From: Chthoniobacterales bacterium
GTDB lineage: Bacteria > Verrucomicrobiota > Verrucomicrobiia > Chthoniobacterales > DASVRZ01
Direction: 5' to 3'
Assembly (NCBI GenBank): GCA_038228695.1
Contig: JBBRPA010000004.1
Coordinates: forward strand, 18,318 to 82,317
DNA length: 64,000 nt
The notes beneath the pieces were generated by a model. It saw nothing but the letters and a program-made list of their open reading frames with translations, was not told where the DNA came from and ran no database searches. Every line of letters begins with the position of its first letter. Positions within the stretch are counted from its first letter, which is position 1. Below are positions 36,315-46,719 of the stretch, one piece after another. The translations under genes and the position numbers were made by a program.

Positions 36315-36442
36315 AAAATTTTTGGATCAGCTTTAACAGGGCCCATCCGTTGATTCGATCGCATTTTGTTTCGAGCCGATGTATTTCCTTGCCCCTGGCA
36401 TTGCGGGGAGTCTTGTTTGCACGCTAGATTCATGACGACCAC

Positions 36443-37693
36443 ATGATTAACGCCCAAAGCCCAACCTCCGCCAGCGATATCGACCAGCGATTCCCGGGCC
36501 GGGCGCGTTTTGTTCCGGGCAGTATCAAAAACGATGCGCCGGTGGTCGCTTCCTACTGCGTCACTTTTCTCAAGCCGGAGATGCAACACATCTACCGGCA
36601 GATCACCGCCCTGCGGCAATACCGGCCAGTCATCCTCACGCAGCGGCGCGAAAACGAGGCGATGTTTCCTTTTCCTGACGTGCGGAAACTAGGCAAGCCG
36701 TTGAGCCATCAAGTCCGCCGTTTCTGGGCCCGGAGCGTTCTCGGCGTTCCGGTCCTAGCTTACACCCACGAGGCGGCCCACGTGATGAGAGAGTTGCGGC
36801 GGATCGAGGCAAAGCTGCTCCACGTCTATTTCGGCAACATGGGCATCTACCTCATCCCGCTGCTCCGCAAACGGCAATTACCCGCAGTGGTTAGTTTTCA
36901 TGGATCGGATGCGACCTCGAATGTGACTAGCAAATCGTTGCGTCGGCGCTATGCAGAGGTGTTTGACCTCGCGGAGTTAATTATCGCCCGCAGCAAGTTG
37001 TTGATGTTCGAGTTAGAAAAGCTCGGTTGCCCGCCGGAAAAGCTGCGCCTCCATCGCACCGGCGTCTCACTCAGTATGAGCGTGCCGATTGTTAGGACGA
37101 CTCCAGTGGACGGAGATTTCCGGTTTGTCCAAGCCAGCCGGCTGGTTGAGAAAAAGGGACTCGATACAGCAATCCGGGCCTTTGCGATATTTGCGCGCGA
37201 GTTTCCGCTCTCCGAGTTCATCATTGCCGGCGAGGGTCCACTTCGCAAACGTCTCCGCTGCTTGGCCGACTCACTCGGCGTGGGCGAGCAGGTCCACTTC
37301 ACCGGATTTCTTCCGCAGCGCACTCTTCACGAATTGTATGAGCGCAGCCATGTCTTTGTGCATCCGAGTCAGGTCGGAATCAAAGGTGAACAGGAAGGAG
37401 TGCCCAATTCGATGCTCGAAGCGATGGTCACCGGCATGCCGGTAGTGGCCACCCGCCACGGGGGAATTCCTGAGGCGGTCGAGGACGGTGTTAGTGGACT
37501 GTTAGTGCCTGAGCGTGATGCCGAGGCCTTGGGCGAAGCTCTTCTGGCGATCGGACGCGACGGAACTCTTCTGCAACGTCTCAGCATTTCGACGTCCGAA
37601 CGTGTCCGCGCTTACTTCGATCGTCAAAAACAGGCGCGTCTGCTCGAGGAGTTTTACGAAGAAGCCATCCAATCCTTTGCCCGGCAGCGGTGA
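36443..37693 (+). CDS. GT4 glycosyltransferase
   Basis: 416-aa ORF with the EX7E region 'EGVPNSMLEAMVTGMPVVATRHGGIPEAVEDGVSGLLV'. Confidence 0.88.
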   Translation: MINAQSPTSASDIDQRFPGRARFVPGSIKNDAPVVASYCVTFLKPEMQHIYRQITALRQYRPVILTQRRENEAMFPFPDVRKLGKPLSHQVRRFWARSVLGVPVLAYTHEAAHVMRELRRIEAKLLHVYFGNMGIYLIPLLRKRQLPAVVSFHGSDATSNVTSKSLRRRYAEVFDLAELIIARSKLLMFELEKLGCPPEKLRLHRTGVSLSMSVPIVRTTPVDGDFRFVQASRLVEKKGLDTAIRAFAIFAREFPLSEFIIAGEGPLRKRLRCLADSLGVGEQVHFTGFLPQRTLHELYERSHVFVHPSQVGIKGEQEGVPNSMLEAMVTGMPVVATRHGGIPEAVEDGVSGLLVPERDAEALGEALLAIGRDGTLLQRLSISTSERVRAYFDRQKQARLLEEFYEEAIQSFARQR

Positions 37694-37714
37694 AGCGGGC
37701 CAACCATCCACGAC

Positions 37715-38803
37715 TTGAAGATCGCATTTGTTTTTATTTCCATGCCGGTCGGCGGGGCCGAAGATTTCGCCGTAGCCATGCAGGAAAATCTGCCGGCCGG
37801 TTGCGAGGTTAGTTTTGTTTGTCTGCGTGACCCCGGTGTCTTAGGTGAGTCACTGGCGAAGCAGGGAAAAGATGTCCCGCTCGTTCAGTCCTCGACCTCG
37901 AAACGCTGGAGTCCGGCAGGCGTGATGCGTCTCTCTCGTTGGTTGCGTGATAATCGGATCGATGTCGTGCATTCGCAGACCTATCATGCCCACACTTATG
38001 CGATTCCCGCCGCGCGTCTAGCTGCTTGCGTCTCGGTTCTGCATCAGCAAAAAACCTTGCAAGATATGCCTTGGCGTCGCCGCTGGACTTTGCGTTCGCT
38101 TGCCCATCTGGCAACGCGCGTGCTGGCACTTTCCGATGACATGGCGGCCGATCTTCGGGAGACATTCCATCTTCGCTCTAACAGCGTCCGCGTCATTCCT
38201 AATGTGGTGGACCCGGCGCAATTCTTTCACGCCGCCGAACGTAACCGGGACCATCTCGGACTCCCGCATGGTCCGCTCGGCGGCACAGTCGCGTCCCTCA
38301 ATTCTGTCAAAAATCATGATGCGACATTGGAGATGGCAGCACTTCTGCAAAAGCAAGGCGTGCGCTTGCAGATCGTCTTCATTGGCGAAGGAAATGAACG
38401 CAACCGGCTGACGGAAAAAATTCGGGATATGGGTTTAGCCGGCATGGTTAAGCTAGTCGGCAATCAACGCCCCGTCGCTCCGTGGATGCAATCGCTCGAT
38501 GTAATGCTCCTGCCTTCGCACTGGGAAGGGCAGCCGCTTGCGCTTCTGCAAGCAGTCGCTTGCGGCATCCCAATTATTGCTAGCAAAATCGATGGAAACA
38601 TCGCTGCCTTGGGAGAAGGGCACCCGGGATTATTTGCACCTGGAGATATTCCTGAATATGCGAACCTCGTCCGGAAAGTATTGAGCGAACCAACGTTCGT
38701 CTCCACCATTTTGCAGTTCCAAAAGTTACACCCCCCGCCACTGGCTTCGGACGTAGCCTCTCGCTTGTACGACATTTATCAGGAGATCCTCCCGCGCCCA
38801 TGA
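37715..38803 (+). CDS. GT4 glycosyltransferase
   Basis: 362-aa ORF with a TTG start. 'MKIAFVFISMPVGGAE' and 'EGQPLALLQAVACGIPIIASKIDGN'. Confidence 0.82.
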   Translation: MKIAFVFISMPVGGAEDFAVAMQENLPAGCEVSFVCLRDPGVLGESLAKQGKDVPLVQSSTSKRWSPAGVMRLSRWLRDNRIDVVHSQTYHAHTYAIPAARLAACVSVLHQQKTLQDMPWRRRWTLRSLAHLATRVLALSDDMAADLRETFHLRSNSVRVIPNVVDPAQFFHAAERNRDHLGLPHGPLGGTVASLNSVKNHDATLEMAALLQKQGVRLQIVFIGEGNERNRLTEKIRDMGLAGMVKLVGNQRPVAPWMQSLDVMLLPSHWEGQPLALLQAVACGIPIIASKIDGNIAALGEGHPGLFAPGDIPEYANLVRKVLSEPTFVSTILQFQKLHPPPLASDVASRLYDIYQEILPRP

Positions 38804-39990
38804 AGATCGCGATTTTTACGCCCTCATTTCTGCCCAAGACTTCCGGCGCTGAGATTTTTCATCACAATCTCGCCTCGAAGCTAGTCGAGGCCGGCCACCA
38901 TCCCGTGCTCATTATTCCTGCAAGAAATGTTAGGGAGTTGCGCCAGATGGGATGGGAACTCCCGTATCCTGTGATTTCATTTCCAGCTAATCTCTGGAGT
39001 CTTTTCAAACGGTCGACACGGATCACTTTTGTAGTTAGTAATTTTCTGCTGAACCGCCTCCAAAAAAAGCACCGATTCGATGTCTGGCATCTTGTCGTCA
39101 CCTATCCGACCGGTGTCGCCGGGCTGCACTGGGGCGGCGGGGAGAAACGGGTTCCCTGTATTTTGCGCGTCGTGGGTGATGATCTCATCACCGATACTAC
39201 GAATCACGTCGGCCTGCGTTGCAATCCGTTGATCGATCGGTTGATTGTTAAGGAAATTTCCAAAGCGCGGGCAGTCGTATCGCTTTCGGAATCTACCGCT
39301 CAGGCCTACACCAAACTCGGCATCCCAGCGGAGCGTATTCATTTTATTCCAAATGCGGTCGATACAGCCCGTTTCCTGCGCAAACGAGAGGTTCGGAACG
39401 CGCAATTTGTTTTTCTAAGTGTGGGACGCAACCACCCGCAAAAGGATTATCCAACCTTACTCAAAGCGGTGGGCATGCTCGCTGCGATGGGTAGGAGTTT
39501 TCGCGTGGTTATTTTGGGGCGCAAATCCTCGGAGTTGGATGCGCAGATTCAAGAGTGGAATCTGGGTCACCTAGTCGAGACCCGTGAAATCAAGTCGGGA
39601 ACATCCTCGCTGCAGTTTCCGCCGGACGAATTGATTGATGCCTATCTCTCGGCGGATGCCTTCGTCATGCCTTCGTTGATGGAAGGTTTTAGTACGGCAA
39701 TGTTAGAAGCGATGGCGGCCGGTTTGCCTATCATTACTACGGATGCGCCCGGTTGCCGGGAATTGATTCGTGATGGGCAGGATGGGATCATGGTGCCCCG
39801 CAGCAATCCGGCGGCTTTAGCGCATGCGATGTTGCAACTACTGGAGGATTCCGAATTGCGGGAACGTCAGGCTGCAACATCTCGGAAACGCGCGGCAGAA
39901 TTTTCGTGGGACCTGGTTGTGGGGAAATATCTCGATTTGTATCAGAAACTTATTACCGAGCAGCAATCGTCAGTCGCACGGCCTCGATGA
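38800..39990 (+). CDS. GT4 glycosyltransferase
   Basis: 396-aa ORF with 'MKIAIFTPSFLPKTSGAE' and 'EGFSTAMLEAMAAGLPIITTDAPGCRELIRDGQDG'. 4-nt overlap with the previous gene. Confidence 0.88.
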   Translation: MKIAIFTPSFLPKTSGAEIFHHNLASKLVEAGHHPVLIIPARNVRELRQMGWELPYPVISFPANLWSLFKRSTRITFVVSNFLLNRLQKKHRFDVWHLVVTYPTGVAGLHWGGGEKRVPCILRVVGDDLITDTTNHVGLRCNPLIDRLIVKEISKARAVVSLSESTAQAYTKLGIPAERIHFIPNAVDTARFLRKREVRNAQFVFLSVGRNHPQKDYPTLLKAVGMLAAMGRSFRVVILGRKSSELDAQIQEWNLGHLVETREIKSGTSSLQFPPDELIDAYLSADAFVMPSLMEGFSTAMLEAMAAGLPIITTDAPGCRELIRDGQDGIMVPRSNPAALAHAMLQLLEDSELRERQAATSRKRAAEFSWDLVVGKYLDLYQKLITEQQSSVARPR

Positions 39991-41059
39991 ATCGCGTGCT
40001 GAATTTTTCAGTGGTGTAATTGGCGAGAATTGTCGCCCGACCCGCTTCGCCCAACTTCTGGCAAAGAGCGCGATCATTGTAAAGCTGGCGCAGTCTGACT
40101 GCCACGGTCACGGGGTCTTTGCGCTCGACTCGATAGCCGTTGACGCCTTCTTCGAGAGGAAAGCCCGACTCCTCGGTTGCCAACGTGGCCAGTCCGCAGG
40201 CCGCACCCTCGAGGAGGGATTTTGCCATGCCCTCAGTTCGGGAGAGGAGGATTTGCGCGTCGCATTTGCGAAGGGTATTTTCCGGTTCGTTTTGGAAATG
40301 GAGGAAGTGGAACGATGACCCCTCCTCCTGGGTGATAAGATCCTTTGCGTCGTCGGCAATGGTGCCGATGATTAGAAATTCTGCGCTCTCCAGAGCGGCC
40401 AGTTTCCAGGCAGCCATCATTTCGCGAATGCCTTTTCGTTCCGTCACTCTTCCGCAAAAAACGAGTCGGAAGGGTTCAAGATTACTTTTTGCCCCGGTAG
40501 GAGAAAAGCGTTCGGGATTTATGCCTCGACCTATTACTAACAATTTACTGTTTTCGATACCGCGCTCGACAAAAGTTTGCCGCGAATAATCTGACGGTAC
40601 TAAAATGAGAGAAGCGTCCTGATACTCGCGATCCATTTCTTCGGCCGAAATCTCCGGCCAGCGAGACCCGCGTTCTTTGCGTCTGCGGGCGCGGAAATGG
40701 AGAGTATCGCAGTTGAGCAAACAAGGCACCCGACCCGAGGCGTGGCGAAAAACGGAAAGTGCACGTTGCGGCCAGGCAATAACCAGATCGTATTCCCCAT
40801 TTTTGAGAAGGTCCTGTCCCTTGCCGGTGATGATCCTGCGTTGCGCTCCATAGTAGTAACGCCGCGGCAACCAAGAAATCAGGTTGGCAAGAGTCCTGCG
40901 GTAAACATGATCGTTCACACCCTGGATCTTCGCTGGACCTCGCGCCACCAAATCCACCGCATAACCGGCACCGACCAGAGCTTCGAGTTGACGCCGCACC
41001 ACAGCGTCGATCCCGACATCGGACATCTTTCCATCATAAACATAGAGCACCTTCTGCAC
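39953..41059 (-). CDS. GT4 glycosyltransferase
   Basis: 368-aa ORF with a GTG start directly abutting the stop of the upstream GT-C gene. 'EGMAKSLLEGAACGLATLATEESGFPLEEGVNG'. 38-nt convergent overlap with 38800-39990. Confidence 0.82.
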   Translation of the reverse strand: MQKVLYVYDGKMSDVGIDAVVRRQLEALVGAGYAVDLVARGPAKIQGVNDHVYRRTLANLISWLPRRYYYGAQRRIITGKGQDLLKNGEYDLVIAWPQRALSVFRHASGRVPCLLNCDTLHFRARRRKERGSRWPEISAEEMDREYQDASLILVPSDYSRQTFVERGIENSKLLVIGRGINPERFSPTGAKSNLEPFRLVFCGRVTERKGIREMMAAWKLAALESAEFLIIGTIADDAKDLITQEEGSSFHFLHFQNEPENTLRKCDAQILLSRTEGMAKSLLEGAACGLATLATEESGFPLEEGVNGYRVERKDPVTVAVRLRQLYNDRALCQKLGEAGRATILANYTTEKFSTRFIEAVRLTIAAR

Positions 41060-42571
41060 TTAACGGGTCTCCGGTTGCGTGATGTCATAAAGCTCCAACC
41101 CGGGATGCAGATAGATCACGGTCGAACGCGGTCGCTTCCAGAGCAATCGGCCGTTCTCAAACAAAGTTTTGTAAAACGTTTTGCGCGTCTCAAAAAGCGC
41201 TCGCTCTGCTGGCTCAGGACGCAGACTTGCTAAAAAATATCGCCCGTAAGCGCTTTGCGAAACCACTAGGTGCGTGATGCCCTTCGATCGTATTTCATCC
41301 AGACTTCCTGCGTCCGCCGCGAAATTAATGTCCTCAGATGGCTGAGGAAGCTGCGGAGCCCCCTCTCGTTTGTTAGTACCGGGAAGTCGCACCACTTTCT
41401 CCTGCAAGATGGACGCGGAGGGCGGCACATTTTCCCGGATCCACTGGCTTAGATCACGCCGGTCATCAATTTGGAATGCCGCATCATATTTTGCTAGCGC
41501 CGGGAAGACGCTGATTAGCGCCAGAACCACACATAACCACTGCGCCCGGCCTTTGGTCCGATCACCAACGAGCCGAAAAAGCCCCCAGCCAGCAGCCAGA
41601 CAACACATCCCGGTAAGCGGTAAAAAATAGCGGTCGTTGGTTTTCGGTGAACAGGAAAGCATCACCGCAAAAGCAGCGGAAAAAATGAGTGGAAGCCACT
41701 GCTCCAACGACCACTCCCGGCGCCCCTTCCAACCGTAAAAAAGAGCGCCGAGCAAACCCAACCAGATGATCGGATTGGTGTTGTCAAGAAAGACGGCCGT
41801 GTATTGCCAGTTCGGAACTTTCCGGGTGACGCCGCCCTGACCGTTTACGACGAGTCCCATCTCGCGCGAGAAGGAGTTTTGCGCGCTGGCAAGATGAATC
41901 AAGAACTGGTAATTAATAGCTAGGACCGCAATTAAAAATGTTCCGAGAAAAGTGAAGATCAGCGCTTTTCGATGTTGGGAGATTTCCTCGCTGCGGGTGA
42001 AGAATAACCAGCACAGAGCGACCACGAATCCGGCAACACCCACGTATTTTGCCGACAACGCCAGGGCGGCCGCGATTCCCATGAAGGCGACCGAAGCTGG
42101 TTTTCGCAGCCTCGCAGTCAGAGCAAGCGCACAAAATGTCAGTCCGATACCCATGAAAAGCGCCGTGTCTTCCTTAAGATAATGCGCCAGCTCGAAGACT
42201 TGGTGATGTGGCAAGAGAAAAGCGGTGACCGTTAACGCGACCCAAGGCCCACCTTTCAACCAAGCTGTCCACATAAAGGCAACGACGCCGAGGCCTGCAA
42301 AAATTGCGGAGACGAGGCGTCCACATTCGACAACTCTTTGGCGATCTTCGCCTGCCTGAGTCAGATCGCGAACCCAGCCTGCCGTGGATAAAAGCAGCAA
42401 CGGGTGGTTGAAATTCAATTCACCGGTGACCAACTGCCGAACCTTCACAGGCTCATCCGGATGATAATTGTAAGGAAACTTATTTCCACGGGTATACAAC
42501 AGCATACTAACTATTAGAATTAAAACGCTCAATGCGACTGGAAGCCGGATGTTGGGGTGCGGGAAATTCAT
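41060..42571 (-). CDS. GT-C fold membrane glycosyltransferase (PMT/ArnT-like, GT39/83-like)
   Basis: 503-aa polytopic ORF. TM1 is followed by the loop 'KFPYNYHPDEPVK' (DE motif), and there is a soluble C-terminal domain. Paralogous to 45223-46719. Confidence 0.7.
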   Translation of the reverse strand: MNFPHPNIRLPVALSVLILIVSMLLYTRGNKFPYNYHPDEPVKVRQLVTGELNFNHPLLLLSTAGWVRDLTQAGEDRQRVVECGRLVSAIFAGLGVVAFMWTAWLKGGPWVALTVTAFLLPHHQVFELAHYLKEDTALFMGIGLTFCALALTARLRKPASVAFMGIAAALALSAKYVGVAGFVVALCWLFFTRSEEISQHRKALIFTFLGTFLIAVLAINYQFLIHLASAQNSFSREMGLVVNGQGGVTRKVPNWQYTAVFLDNTNPIIWLGLLGALFYGWKGRREWSLEQWLPLIFSAAFAVMLSCSPKTNDRYFLPLTGMCCLAAGWGLFRLVGDRTKGRAQWLCVVLALISVFPALAKYDAAFQIDDRRDLSQWIRENVPPSASILQEKVVRLPGTNKREGAPQLPQPSEDINFAADAGSLDEIRSKGITHLVVSQSAYGRYFLASLRPEPAERALFETRKTFYKTLFENGRLLWKRPRSTVIYLHPGLELYDITQPETR

Positions 42572-42703
42572 CTATCTCGTGAAAGGGCGTATTCTATCAT
42601 CCCGTCATGGTCGTCAATCCAATAATCTGCATACACCCTTGCAGGGGCATTGCGGCAGACTAGTTTGTAATTCGAGGGCGCGGACTGACGCCGCGAACCG
42701 TTT

Positions 42704-45214
42704 ATGGAATTTTTAGGCAGCAAGATTCGGGATTGGTTTATTAAAAAATACGGAAGCTTCACCGAAGCTCAGACGCTGGCTATCCCGGCGATTCATGCGG
42801 GTCAATCCATCTTGCTCTCATCTCCCACGGGCAGCGGCAAGACGCTGGCAGGATTCCTCGGAATCATCGATCGCCTGATGGCACTTCCAGCCGGTGAGCG
42901 CGATCGCGGGATCTTTGCGATCTACATTTCTCCGCTGCGCGCGTTGGCCTACGACATTGAGAAAAATCTCACCGAACCTCTCAACGAATTGCAACTCGAT
43001 GGCCAAGTGCGCGTGGCTATGCGAACGGGCGACACCAAAGCCAGTGAGCGAGCACGTCAACGTAAGAAGCCACCCCATATTCTCATCACCACGCCGGAGA
43101 GTCTGGCTATTCTGCTTTGCAATTCGGATTTTCGCGAATCGGTTCGCGCCTGTCGATACATCATCGTGGACGAGGTTCATGCGCTCGCGGAAAACAAGCG
43201 CGGCACGCATCTTAGTCTCTCCCTCGAGCGTCTCGAATGTCTCGTCGTCCAACCGCTTTGCCGCATCGGTCTCTCTGCAACGGTCGCGCCCTTGGAACTG
43301 GTCGCGCGTTTTCTGGCCGGGGTGGATCGGTCGTGCATAATCGCCGAGGCTCGGGCGGTTCGCCAAGTCGAGGTCGAGGTGTTTTCTCCGCTTCGGAGAC
43401 AACCTTATCCTCCTGCTGGCTGGACCGCCGGGCGACTTCTCAACGAACTGGCGGCACTCGTGAAAAGCCGTCGCTCGGTCCTCATCTTTACTAACACTCG
43501 CTCCGGTGCCGAGAGTGTCGGCATCCGGCTCAAGCAAGCCTTGCCAAAATTGGCGGATGCGATCGAGATCCACCATTCTTCGATCGACCGCGAGATGCGC
43601 CTTGAGGTCGAGGACCGGCTGAAGCGTGGGGAACTCCGCGCCGTCGTCTGCTCGACCAGTTTGGAAATGGGCATCGACATCGGCGCAATCGATCTCGTCA
43701 TCATGATCTCGACTCCGAAAGGAATCTCTCGTGCCCTCCAACGTATTGGACGTTCCGGGCACGGAATCCATGAAGTGAGCCGGGGCGTTTTGGTTGCGAC
43801 TAATATCAATGATCTCGTCGAGTGCATTGTCACTTCTGACTTAGTGCGGCAGCGGCGGCTCGATCCGGTGCGCATCCTCGAGAATTGTTATGACGTGCTC
43901 GCCCAGCATATCGTTGGAATAGTTTTGGCCGGACCAATACCGATCGCTGACTTGCTAACGATCGTGCGACGAGCGTGGCCCTATCGCAACTTGACCGACG
44001 AGGAGATGGAATCGGTCCTTATTTATCTGCGTGGTGGAGGGCGTTCCCTGCGCGCGCAATACGAGGAAACATTCGGAAAAATCCGCATTCACGATGGAGT
44101 CGTTTCCGCACTCGATTCAGCGCGTGCGACGCGGGAATATCTGGTCAACGTGGGCACGATTGCAGCGGATGGAAATGTCTCTGTCCTTCTGGGACGCAAA
44201 CGCCTCGGTACGGTGGACGAATGGTTTATCAAGCGAATCAACCCGGGCGATATTTTTGTCCTCGCTGGCCGAGTGGTTCGCCTCCTTGAAACGGGAATCC
44301 AAGAAGCGCGCGTCGAGGCGGCCGATCACGAAATGCCGACCGTCCCAAGTTGGAATCAAAACAAAATGCCGCTGACCTCGGGTATCGCCCGAGAGGTGAC
44401 CCGGTTGCGCACAGAACTCGATGCGCAACTTTCCACTCCTGCCGTCGATCCTGGAAAAGTGGCTGATTGGCTGGTCGAAAAATACGAGATCTCGCTCTCG
44501 AATGCGGAGGCAGTGCTACGTCATTTTCAGGCGCAGCTCCAGTTCTCGGCGATTCCGGTCGAGGGTCTGATGTTGATCGAGCTTTACCGCGAGGGGAATT
44601 TTTCGCATTACATCTTCCATTCTCTGATCGGTCGTGGGGCCAACGACGCGCTTTCCCGATTATTAGTCAAACGCATCAGCGACCATGCGGGCGGCAACGC
44701 CTTGGTGACGATTGATGACTACGGATTTCTTCTCACCTTGCGGAGGTTTCAGGAGTTGCCGGTGGAGCAGTGGCAGGGGTTTTTCTCCAGAAAAAACGCG
44801 GAGAGAGAGCTTCAAGCGGCGCTGCGGGATTCGGAGTTGGTGAAATGGCAGTTTCGCGGCGTTGCGCAAACCGGATTAATGGTTCCTCGGAATCATCCGG
44901 GTTGCGAGCGACGACTCAAGCAACTACGCTGGAGCAGTGAGATCCTCTTCCGTGTTTTGCAGGAGCACGAACCGGATCATCCACTCATCGCGGAGACCTA
45001 TCGCCAAGCGGAGCAGGTCTTTCTCGACGCTCCGGCTGCGTTCACTTTTCTCGATGAAGTGCAGGGCTATAACTGGAGACTAATCGAGACGCCAAAGGTT
45101 AGTCCCTTTGCCTTCGGTATCTATGTTAGTAAAATCAAGGAAACGATGATGATGGAAAATCCTGACGCGGCGATTGAGAGGTTGTTTCACGAGATGTATG
45201 GCAACCAGAATTGA
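42704..45214 (+). CDS. Lhr-like DEAD/DEAH-box (DEXH) helicase
   Basis: 836-aa ORF with Walker A 'SPTGSGKTLA', the DEVH box 'IIVDEVHAL', 'CSTSLEMGIDIG' and 'QRIGRSGH', plus a long C-terminal Lhr-type extension. Confidence 0.85.
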   Translation: MEFLGSKIRDWFIKKYGSFTEAQTLAIPAIHAGQSILLSSPTGSGKTLAGFLGIIDRLMALPAGERDRGIFAIYISPLRALAYDIEKNLTEPLNELQLDGQVRVAMRTGDTKASERARQRKKPPHILITTPESLAILLCNSDFRESVRACRYIIVDEVHALAENKRGTHLSLSLERLECLVVQPLCRIGLSATVAPLELVARFLAGVDRSCIIAEARAVRQVEVEVFSPLRRQPYPPAGWTAGRLLNELAALVKSRRSVLIFTNTRSGAESVGIRLKQALPKLADAIEIHHSSIDREMRLEVEDRLKRGELRAVVCSTSLEMGIDIGAIDLVIMISTPKGISRALQRIGRSGHGIHEVSRGVLVATNINDLVECIVTSDLVRQRRLDPVRILENCYDVLAQHIVGIVLAGPIPIADLLTIVRRAWPYRNLTDEEMESVLIYLRGGGRSLRAQYEETFGKIRIHDGVVSALDSARATREYLVNVGTIAADGNVSVLLGRKRLGTVDEWFIKRINPGDIFVLAGRVVRLLETGIQEARVEAADHEMPTVPSWNQNKMPLTSGIAREVTRLRTELDAQLSTPAVDPGKVADWLVEKYEISLSNAEAVLRHFQAQLQFSAIPVEGLMLIELYREGNFSHYIFHSLIGRGANDALSRLLVKRISDHAGGNALVTIDDYGFLLTLRRFQELPVEQWQGFFSRKNAERELQAALRDSELVKWQFRGVAQTGLMVPRNHPGCERRLKQLRWSSEILFRVLQEHEPDHPLIAETYRQAEQVFLDAPAAFTFLDEVQGYNWRLIETPKVSPFAFGIYVSKIKETMMMENPDAAIERLFHEMYGNQN

Positions 45215-45222
45215 GCGTCGCT

Positions 45223-46719
45223 TCATGGGCGTAACTGGTAGAGCCGAAGGCCCGGGTTGAGATTGTAGATCACGCCGCGCGGACGGCTCCAGCGCAAGTC
45301 GGAGCGTGTCTGTAGTTCCTCGTAGAAATGCCGCCGTCGCTGAAACATGAATTCCGGGGCTTTAGCTCCAGTCGCGTTCATGTTGGAAAAGCGGTCCACC
45401 TCGACGTCGGCGGTGGCCACCCAAGTGTAGCCCATCGCCTTGAGTTGATCCACCGATCCTAGGTCGGCTACGTAATCTGGCGGAGCCATTCCGGAGATAA
45501 ATTGTCCCGGATAATTTCCTGGTAAGCGCGTCCACAGACTGGTGGCCAGTTTGTCCTCCGGTTTCAAATGAACGGCAATCCACTGGGACATTTCCGCTCG
45601 CGTATCCGATCGGAAATCGGCCACAGATTGTTTCAACAGACTGCCGGGTTGCCACGCAACTATGACGGCGAGGGACGTAACAAACGTGCCTCTAAATCGT
45701 TCGTTCACCACCTTGCCAAGAGCCTGCACGCCGCAAGCCGCGAGATAGGCGGCAACGGTCATCACTGGGAGCAAGTAACGCTCGGAAAGTTTGGCCGACG
45801 CGCTCATGCCCGCAAGAATCAAAAGGCAGGAAACGCCGAGGACAAACTCCATCGAGAGTCGATTGCCTTGCGGGCGGCAAAGAATGACACCTGCGGCCGC
45901 CGCACCGATCATCGGCCAGCCGATTTGCTGCGTGAGAAGTCTCAAGTGCTCCGTGTGAAAGTGGGATCGGGCGACACCATCATGACCATTCGCCAGCATG
46001 GTCGCCTCCCGGCCAATCCCAGCGGAAAGGCTCGGAAGATGCGTCAGCCATTCGTAGTTGATTGCGAGCACGGTTAGTGCGGCGGCGAGTAAAAAAAGCG
46101 TGACGGGAAATGCCCGGCGACATTGGAAAAACACCAGTGGCATTCCGATGACGACGAGCAGCACGCCGGGGTATTTGGCCGAAGTGCCCAGACCCGCGGC
46201 GATGCCGAACCAGACAATGTGGCGCTGATTCGGAATCGTGACGAAACGATCAGCGGCAAGCAGCGTTGCGCCCAATCCCATAAAGAGCGCCGGGTCTTCC
46301 TTGCAATAATGGCCGACCTCAAAAAGCAGCGGCAGGACTAACAAAAACAAACTGGTCAAAAGGGCGGCTCCAAACCCCGAACGGACCCAGGCCAACGCCG
46401 CAAAACAAACGACTCCAGTAGATGCAAACCCCGCGGAGAGATGACGCCCGAGCAAAGTAATGTTTTGCGCGTCAGGACCGGTGCCCGTCAAAAAGATCGC
46501 CAAGCGGGTGGCGTTCAGCATGAGCATTGGATGCCAGTAATTGCGATAGCCTTCGAGCAACTGCAATGCTTTGCTCTCCTCGTCGCTGTGATAAAAAAAA
46601 GGGAAGTCACTCGCCCACGTATAGGAACAAAACGCCGTTGCAAACAAGGCCGCAAGCCCTGCGATCTTGGCGACCGGATGGGTCAGCAAACCGAAACGAA
46701 CCGGGCGCGGCGTGCTCAT
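45223..46719 (-). CDS. GT-C fold membrane glycosyltransferase (PMT/ArnT-like), paralog of 41060-42571
   Basis: ATG at 46719 ('MSTPRPVRFG') overlaps the upstream stop (ATGA). The loop 'DFPFFYHSDEESK' and the C-terminus 'RWSRPRGVIYNLNPGLRLYQL' parallel 'LWKRPRSTVIYLHPGLELYDI' in the paralog. The longer ORF to 47157 is rejected. Confidence 0.7.
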   Translation of the reverse strand: MSTPRPVRFGLLTHPVAKIAGLAALFATAFCSYTWASDFPFFYHSDEESKALQLLEGYRNYWHPMLMLNATRLAIFLTGTGPDAQNITLLGRHLSAGFASTGVVCFAALAWVRSGFGAALLTSLFLLVLPLLFEVGHYCKEDPALFMGLGATLLAADRFVTIPNQRHIVWFGIAAGLGTSAKYPGVLLVVIGMPLVFFQCRRAFPVTLFLLAAALTVLAINYEWLTHLPSLSAGIGREATMLANGHDGVARSHFHTEHLRLLTQQIGWPMIGAAAAGVILCRPQGNRLSMEFVLGVSCLLILAGMSASAKLSERYLLPVMTVAAYLAACGVQALGKVVNERFRGTFVTSLAVIVAWQPGSLLKQSVADFRSDTRAEMSQWIAVHLKPEDKLATSLWTRLPGNYPGQFISGMAPPDYVADLGSVDQLKAMGYTWVATADVEVDRFSNMNATGAKAPEFMFQRRRHFYEELQTRSDLRWSRPRGVIYNLNPGLRLYQLRP

